This document shows, in pieces, positions 25,190 through 34,784 of a stretch of 64,000 bases of DNA. Origin of the DNA: Spizellomyces punctatus DAOM BR117 (lineage: Eukaryota); the NCBI GenBank assembly GCA_000182565.2, contig KQ257476.1. One strand, written 5' to 3'. The notes under the pieces are model-generated. The model saw only the letters and a list, made by a program, of their open reading frames with translations. It did no database searches and had not been told where the DNA came from. The position numbers were made by a program, and so were the translations under genes. Numbering within the stretch: position 1 is the stretch's first letter; each line of letters begins with the position of its first letter.

Positions 25190-26900
25190 TTTTAGAAAAA
25201 GAAAGCAAACACCGCTGAGGTGACGACGGCCGTGGCAGCACTGGCAGCTGCTGCAACATGGAAGGAAGACTTGGGAGCTTTCGTGCCGCGGTTGCGGCGT
25301 TTACGACGGCGGGTGGCCGGGGTCACAGTGGGACGGCCTGGACAGGTGGAAAGAACGCAAATTATGCTGATGCGGCGACCGCACCCACAGCACTAGCCAG
25401 TGCTAGATGGACAGAGGCGGGGCTATGGGCGTTGAGGGCGGGGGCGCCGGTTCAGGCATAACAGGCGCCGGGGTGTCATGAACTGTTTCATCGATGCGAC
25501 ATCGATACCACATCTCTCTGAATTCCTTTAACTGCTATTATTCTCACCGGGCTTGATTCAACATTCTATGGATTGGAATTGACCTCGGCATTTATAGATC
25601 TGATCGACCTGGTAAATCGAGTGGTGGAGCTGGGTCAGCGAAAGGAGGTGGTGCCCCGAGTGCATCGTGCAGCGAGTCCAGCGGGTGCATCGACTGGTGC
25701 ATCGGCTCTTTCTACGGCGGGTGGCCGGGGTCACAGTGACACGGCCTGGATAGGGGGAAAGAACGAAAATAGCGCAGATGCGGCGACCGCATCGACAGCA
25801 CTAGCAAGTGCAACTGTCGTGAGAGGGACCGCGGTGACGGGGTGGCGCAGCTGGTGCGTCGGCAGCCAGGGCGATGGGCGGAGGGACCGCTGCAACGAGA
25901 GCAAGTGCGGTTTCAGGGATGTATAGCTCGGCCGAGGGAGCGACGTCAGGATTAGAGGTTTCAGCGATATAAGGCTCGGTTGAGGTAGCGCCGGTTTCAG
26001 AGATCTGAGCGTCGGGCGGCGGCGGTTTCGACGTTTTCTTAGAGTGGTGGGAGTGACGGCAGGGTCCCTCATCCTGGCCGACCCCGCCTTCCTCACGGAT
26101 CCAGAGCCAGCGAGAAGAGGAAGAGGTGCACGGGCGCAGGCGCAGATGTTGCTTGGTTCACAACAGAAGCCTTCTCCATGTTGTGTGCCTCGATGCCCTA
26201 CCTTCAACGCTTCCAATATATCGTCTTTACAGTGTCTGAGCCCATCTCCAACTGTCTATAAAAGCAACGTGCCTGGCCAGAATCCCCCCCTCCAAACAGC
26301 TCCAGATATGCCTGATTACATACAATAAAAACATACACTAACTTATTATAGGAGGAAAGCAAATACTGCAGAAGCGGCGGCAGCACCGACAGCACTAGCA
26401 AAAGGCAACTGTCGCAAGAGGGACCGCGGCGACGGGTGGCGGTGTGGGCGTTGGGGGAGCGGCCGCGGTTTCACGGCTCGCCGGCGCCGGAGGAGCGGCG
26501 CCAGGTTGAGAGGTTTCAAGGATGGGCAGCTCGACCGGCGGAGCGGCGCCAGGTTGAGGTATATTAGGCCCGGCCGAGGGACCGGCGCCGGTTTCAGGGA
26601 TCTGACAGTCGGGCGGCGGCGGTTTCGACGTTTACTTGGAGTGGTGGGAGTGACGGCAGGGTCCCCATCCTGACCGACCCCGCCTTCCTCACGGATCCAG
26701 AGTCAGCGTCCGAATTGGATTGGTTCACAACAGAAGCCTTCTCCATGTTGTGTGACTCGATGCCCTACGTTCAACGCTTCCAACCAAAGCCTGTTCGACC
26801 AGACGGTGCCCTAGCCGACTTCATTGCGCAAACTGCTTCAGAGTCGAATACTGGGGAGGGTGTGCAGAGAGAAGAGCTGGCGTTTCTTCTGCTCCTTAGG
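25190..26900 (-). pseudogene. Tandem array of ~3 decayed module-A copies (Pro/Ala-rich, hydrophobic tail)
   Basis: Tails SAVFAFFF* (~25193) and SAVFAFLL* (~26348) match 31406. 26010-26210 is duplicated at 26600-26780, and 25300-25425 at 25710-25810. The N-terminal remnant NEVG*GTVWSNRLWLEAL matches TDVGKEYPQPNRAWMGAL. Confidence 0.75.
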
Positions 26901-27064
26901 CAGAAGCAGATTGTGTGTGTGTGGGAAAGTTGGGTGAGAGGGAAACCACCTCCTTCGTTCCTTTTATACCAATTTCTTACGTGATATTTAATTAAATACT
27001 TGATATAACTTAATTTAGATAAATAAAAATGGCACGTGACGACCTTACAAGTATTCCCACCAGT

Positions 27065-28660
27065 CATGGATGGACCATCCCGTTCCTTACTTGTCTGTTA
27101 CACCTTGTAACTCCGGTCTCCAGCACGACCTCCGTCATCCGCTGTTTGACCTGAGAAAGTGCCCCGACACCTGGCTCGCGCAGCCGCTCTCCATCTCGTC
27201 AGAGAAACACGAAGGTACGTTTTTGTGGTTCCCAAATCGTACACGATATTGCTGTGGGGAGAGGTGGGTTCCCTCAGGCCGCGCGATACTCGTGATTGCG
27301 GGTTGGTCTGCCTTTCGGTATACCCAGGGCGTGCTTCACCGGACCCAGCCGCTCTTTTTCCATTCCACATGGATTGGTGGATTGGTGGAAACAGAGTTTC
27401 TGCGCCCAACCGGTGTGCAGGACTTGCAGCGGTCATTGCTGAGCTGTGGGAGCTTTGAGTGCCTCGTACATGCGGTCTGCGACCCGTGACAGGTTGGCAT
27501 CAGCCCTTCCTATGCGCAATTTCCACCTTCGCTAGTCCCTACGCCGGCGGTTTTCTGACTTCGGTCGGCGCTAAGCAGAGCAGGCAGCCTTGTCCCTTTA
27601 CGATTCTAGCATCCGTGGACGGAAGGTCCATGTGTATATTCGTGTAGAAGAGGCAGCAGCTTACATCAGTCGTCAAATAGGGTGCATCAACACAACTTTC
27701 GAATGTATACTTACCACCCTTTCTCCCTTTCTCTTTCTCGTTTGTGCTTCTACCCGCCTACGTCATCGTCTTTAACGATGTTACCCGACATTCGCTTTCT
27801 GCGAGACCCACGCGCGCTTTCCGTCCCCTCGCGTTTCCCCCAATCTCGTCACCATTACCGTTCGCCAAAATGACCCTTCGTCTGGTGTTTAAACTGGCTC
27901 GCGCGTCCTGCCCCGACATCTGGCTCGCGCATTTGCTCTCCGTCGCGTCAGGCAACAAAACAGTAAGGTGCGTTTCGTGGTTCCCAATCATACACGACGT
28001 TGCTGTGGGGAGAGGTGGTTCCCTTGGGCTCGCGCGATACCCCGGGTTTAGGGGTTGAATTTATGGTCTACCTGTCGGTGGACCCTGTGCGTTCGTTACT
28101 GGACCAGCCGCTCTTTTTCTTCCATGGATTGGTAGAAAGAGAGTTTCTGCGACTCGTCGGTTACTGGACCTGCGATGGTGATTGCTGAGTTGCGCGAACT
28201 TGAGTGCCTCGTCAGCGTGGTCTTTGACCCGTGACAAGTTGGCACCAGTTCCTTCTAGAGTGCTTCGTACGCGTCAACCCGTACCAAGCTACTCCAACTC
28301 CTCTGTGCGGTCTCCCAATTTCGTTAGTCCCTGGCCGGTGGGGGATCTGACTTTGGTCGGCGCTAGGAAGAGCAGGCAGCCTTGTCCCTTTACGATTCTA
28401 CCGTGTCCCTGGACGAATTGTTCAGCGGGTCATTTATTTGACATTCTCCGCATCGAAGAGGCAGCAACTAGTCGTCGAATGGGGTGCATCAACATCAATA
28501 TTATTTTCGGATGTATACTTACCACTTTTTTTCTTTTCTTCCTCGTATGTTCATCCTCCACCCTCTTCCGTCACCGTCTTCAACGACTTTTTTTCGGCGT
28601 TCGTTCTCTGCGAGATCCGCAAACCGCGAACAACCCCCTGCGACACTCTTGTACCCTCAA
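27065..28660 (-). pseudogene. Two tandem copies of module B (HNH-like)
   Basis: Units ~27065-27880 and ~27880-28660 share ttgctgtggggagagg, ccagccgctctttttc, tctgactt(c/t)ggtcggcgcta and gtatacttaccac. Translation RIVKGQGCLLCLAPTEVR..GLAKVEIAHRKG. Confidence 0.7.
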
Positions 28661-29756
28661 GGCTTAATTTAGATATTATAACATAATGTTAAGCTGTTGT
28701 ATTTTCTTACGAATATAAGGGGATGAAGGTGGAATACGGCTTCTTAGTGTCGTCAAGCTGTACCCAGGGATGCATTATCAGAATATGACCAAGCTGCCCA
28801 CTCTGAAGAGACCTGTGATTGCTTGACTGACAGATTGATTTCCGTAATCAAACTGCCCCAGATTGCAAGGCTAGTGTTAGCCATTGGAATGATGCAGGCG
28901 TTGGCAAATAATTTCATTGATAACGATCACAATATCAGCCAGAATAGGAAGCACTCTCCTCCCTTCGTATGCCAGTCCTAACCCCAACCCACCACCTTGC
29001 CCTACTAGCTTTCTCAAGGAATCCGACTTTCAGGCTATTCAAAGACATGATTGGATCACAGCCGATCTTGTAGACACTACTAGAAAATATCAAGAGTTCA
29101 CATCTGTCGGGCGTGCAAAGAACACAAAAGCGTCGGTGATACAAGTGTTCAGATCTCCATGAAGAACTGAACACGAGACGGGGAAATTGCTACATGGGCA
29201 GCGCACCAGACGATGTAGCCGGGATTATCCTAAAGGTGGTCATTAAAATTCAAAGATCAGTAATTTTGTACATTACTTGATAATACCTCCGAGAGAGCAT
29301 CTCGCATCCCAAAAGAGCACATATTGCCCTTGCTGATATCATATTCCAAGTCATCTTAAATCCGTTAGAGTGTAGCAAAATGCTGAAAGACCAAGTCACG
29401 AGGGAGCAGATCATTGCGCAGATCGGGGGAATCGGTGCAACATTCGCAATCGAACACCCATATTCCACAAAGAATGTTCTGTCCCGCGAATTATGGAATT
29501 TTTTGAATTCCACCATGATCACTGCAACCGTTTACTCTGCCAAGAACTTGCCAACGACATGTTTTTATTCCGTTCGGGGTTGCCTTCAGCACGAGAGACT
29601 GTAACCATGTGCAAGATCAGAGAGATAATGAATTTGAAGAGCCAGAAGATGTGATCGTGGGCATGAAATCTGTCGTCACAAATGATGAAAAAATGCCTCG
29701 AAAACGACCGGACTGATCACCCATGCTCGCCGAGAGGTGACGAGTTGACTGATATC
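28660..29756 (+). pseudogene. Module C, longest copy; decayed gene of unknown family
   Basis: Matches the reverse complement of 11610-12070 and also 33425-33985. Broken frames FLKESDFQAIQRHDWITADL, IIAQIGGIGATFAIEHP and FEFHHDHCNRLLCQELANDMFLF...KMPRKRPD*. Confidence 0.65.
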
Positions 29757-29880
29757 GGCGCTAACTGAGATGGCTAATTGTTGAGGATAAAAAGGGCGTT
29801 GGAGTTCTCCTCCCTCCTCTCTATTCAGCGTCCGGTCTCCCTTACTCACGAAGCACCTCATCAAATTTATCCCAGCAACT

Positions 29881-31222
29881 ATGAAGATCACCCTTCTCTC
29901 TTTGGCTTTTGCGGCCTCGGCCATAGCAGTGCCAGTCCAACCTAGCTCTAGCGCTAGCATGGCCCCGGAGGCGGTCTCCAGCATTCCTATATTCCGTCAT
30001 CCCAAGAATGCTACAAAGCTCGAGAGGATTGTCGCCAACAAGGACTTTAGCATTCAGAAATATTCTGCGCTCACCTCTGGTTTGCATGCACGCGGTCCGA
30101 TTTTGACAAACGACGCAAACGAGTTGTACTATGGGCCTGTAACCATCGGATCCCAAACGTTCCAGGTTGATTTGGACACAGGCTCCTCCGATTGTATGTG
30201 GACCATCGGGATTTCAAAAGGCTCTTTAGCTGATCAGAATGAGTTCTTCTAGTTTGGCTTCGCGGAGCAAACTGCCAGTCAAGTGATGGCTCCTGCGGCA
30301 ATGGCCAGCCCGCGGTTAGCACGCGCGAGTTCAAAGATACAGGTTCCCAGTTCCAAGACTCTTGTAGGTTCAATTGAAAACAAAGCTAGAATTGCTGGGG
30401 CGGATCATTCTAACTATTTTACATCAAGACGGCTCTGGCTCTGCAGACGGCGAAATCTACCAAGGCACTTACACACTCGGTGGCGTGACCGCCAAGAATG
30501 CGTATTTTGGTGTATCGACGAACGAGCAAGGATTTACCGATCCCGCAGACGGTCTTCTTGGATTAGGATTTGCGGCCATCAGCAACATTGCTTCCGCCAC
30601 CAACGGTCGGGCCCCGATTGATGAACTGGGATTGAAGTCGTTCGGCTTTTACCTCAGCAACGCCAATGACGGAGACCAGGGACTTGTTACTCTGCAGGGA
30701 GCTGACAGTTCAAAGTACACGGGAGGATTCAACTATGGTGAGACTATACACATAACGGCATTCGCCCTCTGCGTGTGAAATCTCATCCATCTTGCAGTAC
30801 CCTTGAACTCTCGTACCTACTGGCAGTATTCTCTCAGTGGTGGCTCTGTCCAAGTCGGCAACACCAAAACTGCGTTCTCAATCCGAAACGCCATCGCCGA
30901 CACTGGTACAACCCTCATTATCATCGGTGACAAGGAAGCAAGTGCAATCGCCAGAGCTGTCGGCGCCGACTCTAACGGAAATATTTCGTGTTCCGTCGCC
31001 AGAACCGGTCCTAAAGTGGTCTTTAACATCAACGGCGTGGCTTACGCTATCCCACCTAGCGTCTATGTGTTTGAGGACCAGGGACAGTGCATCCTGGGCA
31101 TCCAGGGCGGTGCAGCTCAAGCTGGCGTCGCAATCTTTGGAGACGTTTTCATTAGACAGTATTACACCTTATTTGATGTTGCTAACAGCCGTGTTGGATT
31201 TGCTCTAGCTAATCACAACTAG
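29881..31222 (+). CDS. Secreted pepsin-like aspartic protease (A1 family), 4 exons
   Basis: Signal peptide MKITLLSLAFAASAIA, YYGPVTIGSQTFQVDLDTGSSD, DGLLGLGF, AIADTGTTLI and IFGDVFIRQYYTLFDVANSRVGFA. Three short GT-AG introns. Confidence 0.96.
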
Positions 31223-31405
31223 ACTCTAGATACACCATAGAATGACATGCTACCGTCGCTGGGCGACGAAAAGATGTAGTTAGAGTAGGTAGACTAGTTC
31301 AATTCAATATACAATTCTTGGATAGCTGATATATTCGACAAGTCCTTTATACATAATCATACTATTCCAATATAATTACATATAATAAAAACAAACACTA
31401 ACTTC

Positions 31406-32032
31406 TCAAAGGAAGAAAGCAAATACCGCAGAAGCGGCGGCAGCACCGACAGCGCTAGCAACAGCACTAGCAAAGGCAACTGTTGTAACAGGGACCGCGG
31501 CGACGGGTGGCGCAGCTGGTGCGTCGGGAGCCGGGGCGATGGGCGGAGGTGCAGGGAATTCAACCTCCGCCGCGCCAGCGGCATCAGGGTCAACGGTTTC
31601 AGGGATCGCCGCGATGAGAGCTGGCGCGGTTTCAGGTATCGGAGAGTTGGGCGGCGGCGTGTGGCGCTCCTGCGCCACGTTCGTTGTGGCTTGGCTGATA
31701 GCCGTGTCGCCCGAGTTGTTAAATCTGTTTCCGTTGATAACGTTTCGATTTTGGATATTCACGGGAGTCTGCCGTGACCGGCGGCAGAGCGTAATTAGCA
31801 ATTCTTTCTGAATTGCATCGTGCCGTTCTAAAAGTGTTGACGCGCGGGCGCGCTCGGCGTCCTTGCGGGAGTCGTCTCCCAAAATTTTTGTCAATGCACC
31901 CATCCACGCCCGATTGGGCTGAGGGTATTCCTTGCCCACGTCAGTGGCAAAGGAGGAGACCGTCCATCTTTGCGGTCTTCGTCTAAAGAACCGGTCTACG
32001 CGGCGTTGCTTCTGGGCTTTCGTCAAAGTCAT
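31406..32032 (-). CDS. Module A intact ORF: orphan helical N-domain + Pro/Ala-rich linker + hydrophobic C-terminal tail
   Basis: MTLTKAQKQRRVDRFFRRRPQRWTVSSFATDVGKEYPQPNRAWMGALTKIL...SAVGAAAASAVFAFFL*. Homologs at 25190-26900 and 34150-34400. Confidence 0.7.
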   Translation of the reverse strand: MTLTKAQKQRRVDRFFRRRPQRWTVSSFATDVGKEYPQPNRAWMGALTKILGDDSRKDAERARASTLLERHDAIQKELLITLCRRSRQTPVNIQNRNVINGNRFNNSGDTAISQATTNVAQERHTPPPNSPIPETAPALIAAIPETVDPDAAGAAEVEFPAPPPIAPAPDAPAAPPVAAVPVTTVAFASAVASAVGAAAASAVFAFFL

Positions 32033-32152
32033 TGTATGTTGGATATTTGGTAACAAATCAAATAGCTGGACAATAAGCGGCGGACATCGCGAGACCTCCT
32101 CTATTTAAAGTCCTTAAAAGTCCTGTATAAAATTAATTATTCCATATTTGTC

Positions 32153-32321
32153 TATATTACACATCACGTGAGCAATTACTCTCTCCATGGCTGTGCTGGG
32201 TGATTTTTGGCACAGCAGGCAATTAATTAAATTATTATTAATTGCTATTAATTGCCTGCTGTGCCATAAATCACCCAGCACAGCCATGGAGAGAGTAATT
32301 GCTCACGTGATATGTAATATA
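32153..32321. repeat. Long fold-back palindrome (~75-bp arms, AT-rich centre)
   Basis: tatattacacatcacgtgagcaattactctctccatggctgtgctgggtgatttttggcacagcaggcaattaat and its near-exact reverse complement ending ...gctcacgtgatatgtaatata. Confidence 0.95.
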
Positions 32322-32429
32322 ACTTAATTGGGATAAATTGTATATTATTGGCACAGTCATAGAGAGCATTGTTAGTAATATTGGGACACTAAATTTTCTT
32401 CCGGCTATTTAAGGACGCCTTCAACGCGC

Positions 32430-33330
32430 GTTCCCTTTCCTCCCATTCACACCAATGTGGTGCCATCACCACATTCGCAACACCGTTCTCCACCACAACC
32501 TTCGTCTGCGGGTTGACCTGACTTGGCACTTGCTGCCGGCCCCGACTCGTGGGTTGCGCGCTCTTCTTCGCGTCAAGGAGACAGTAAGGTGAGTTTTCAT
32601 GGTTTCGAAAGTATACGACGTTGCTGTGGGGAGAGGAGGGATCCCTCAAGCGCCACGATAACCGTGCAATGGGTTCAACTTTAGGTCTACCTTTCGGTAG
32701 ACCCTGTGCGCGCTTGACCGCGACCCAGCCGCTCTTTTTCTTCCATTCCAAATGGGTTGGTTGGAAAAAGAGTATTCTGCACCAGTTCGGAGGCTGGACT
32801 GGCGGTGATTGCAAATCTTCGCTGGTCCCTACACCGATCCGGTTTCTGACTTTGGTCGGCGCTAAGCAGGAGCAGGCACCCTTATTCCCTTCACGATTCT
32901 CACGCGCCGTGGACGAACAGTCCATGTGAATACGTACAAAAGAGGCAGCAACTTCTATAGTAGTGTCAAATGGGTGCATCAACATACTTTTCGGATGCAT
33001 GCTGACCATCTTTTTTCCTTCCTTTTTTCGTATGTTCATGCTCTACCCTCTTACGGCATCGGCTTCAATGATTTTCGGCCTTCGTTGTCACGAGAAACGC
33101 GGCTTGTTTTCTTCACCTTTGACCTTGATTTATCTTCTCCCACCTTTTATCGCTTCTTCCTCGGCTGTTCATGGCGCCCTCTTCCATCACCTTCAACGAT
33201 TTTTCTCGGCGGTCGTTTCCTTTGAGACCCTCGCGCGTTTTCCTTTTCCTCGGGTTCCGCCAACCTCCTCATCACCGTCAACAAAACAACCTCCAACATC
33301 CGCTGTTTGAGTTAATACTGGCCCTTCGTC
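32430..33330 (-). pseudogene. Module B copy (HNH-like), plus the junction to a deleted second unit
   Basis: ORF 32389..33039 includes ACSCLAPTKVRNRIG...QPTHLEWKKKSGWV...RDPSSPHSNVVYF. 33225-33310 matches the B/B junction at 27805-27890. Confidence 0.65.
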
Positions 33331-33424
33331 GCCGGGCGCGACAGAATTAATTGAATATCCGAAACCGGCAAGTGATTAACGGATACCGAAATCACTCAAG
33401 AATAGTGGCGAAGCGACAATTTCC

Positions 33425-33985
33425 TATCCTTAATTTAGATATTGTAACCAAGTGTCAACCTGTGTACTGTCTTACGAATATAAATGCATAAGATAGGACT
33501 TTTTCGTGAATGCTGGACACTCTGAAGGACCTGTGTTTGATTGGTACATTGATTTCCCTGCTTGAGATACCCAGTTTTTTAAGACTGCGACACATACAGA
33601 CAGTTTCCGTTTCCGGTCATGTTAGCCATCGAAATGATCGTGGCATTGATACCTTCATCAATCGGCGTCGTATGGGCTAGACTAGTAAGTGCTCCCCGAA
33701 ACTTCCCAACCTACCTACCAACTTTCTCAAGCAATCCGACCTCCAGCTTGGCAAATTTGTTCAACGGCATGATTGGATCACAGCCGATCTTAAGAAACTC
33801 CTAGGAAGCATGCGCAAAGTGGAAGAGATCGTAATTACACACGAAAGCGTCAATGATACTTGTGTTCAGATCTCCATGAAAAAACAAGGCTCTGCTGAAC
33901 ACGAGACGGGTAAATGCTGCATGGGGAGCGAGTGTGCGCGGGCGATGTATGGATCTAGCCGGTATTATTCCACAGGGTGGTTAAT
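33425..33985 (+). pseudogene. Module C, partial copy
   Basis: cttaatttagatattgtaac, tcttacgaatataa, cactctgaag, catgattggatcacagccgatctt and gtgttcagatctccatgaa..ctgaacacgagacggg are shared with 28660-29240. Confidence 0.75.
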
Positions 33986-33990
33986 TGTTC

Positions 33991-34398
33991 GCTGTGCCAA
34001 AAATAACCGGCACAGCCATAAAGAGAGTAATCACTCACGCGATACTAATTCACTACTCGTATCGAAGTGTCCATCTGACAAATGTTTCTGCTGTAATCCC
34101 GTTATCTGTAAGATCAAATATTCAATACCAGTTTTAGTTAACGACAGACGACATCTTGCTGGTGGAACCGCGCAACGCGGTTTTTTGAACAACTGGCTCA
34201 AGTGGCTCCAACATTTCCTTTGCCACTAAAGTTCCAGCGGAAAATACTCTACCAACCAGGGTTTGGACAGAACTCTTGACCAAAATTCTGAGTGAACCAC
34301 ACCGCACAAACGCCGAAAAAAACCGTGCCCTGCGACTTTCGAAAGTGCACGACGTCATGCAGAAAGACATTATTTTCAGCCTCTGCCGAACAGTCTAG
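33991..34398 (+). pseudogene. Third palindrome-arm copy followed by a module-A N-terminal remnant (opposite strand to 31406-32032)
   Basis: 33991-34045 resembles the palindrome arm. 34214-34398 reads SFATKVPAENTLPTRVWTELLTKILSEPHRTNAEKNRALRLSKVHDVMQKDIIFSLCR vs SFATDVGKEYPQPNRAWMGALTKILGDDSRKDAERARASTLLERHDAIQKELLITLCR. Confidence 0.8.
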
Positions 34399-34464
34399 TG
34401 CAACTCCGAGCAGACTATACTGTCAGCGGAGAAATCTATTATAATAGGGGCGACGCGTCTCTTG

Positions 34465-34668
34465 CCAAGCCACACGCTAAACAAGCCACACATTTTCCCT
34501 GAACTAAACCACACACTTGCCTGGACAAGCCACACACTTTCCCTGAACTAAACCACACTCTTCCCCTGGACTGAGTCCCTGACGCAAGCCACACGCTTAC
34601 CCTGAACTAAACCACATTCTATCCCTTGGACTAAACCACACTCTTTCCTTGGGCTAAACCACACGCCT
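34465..34668. repeat. Minisatellite of ~21-22-bp units
   Basis: About nine units of (a/g)ccacac.....ccctg(a/g)actaa. Confidence 0.85.
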
Positions 34669-34784
34669 AATCAGCTCGTAGGCCATAACCCCCAAGGACC
34701 ACGCTCACAATGACATGGTCTTTTTTAAAATCATTGGACATTGGTGGATTAAGTACAATAAAAAACAACACGATGCACTACTCT

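Noticed and set aside
34465-34668. CRISPR-like array
   Set aside because: The units abut without unique spacers, the context is eukaryotic and there are no cas genes. It is a minisatellite.
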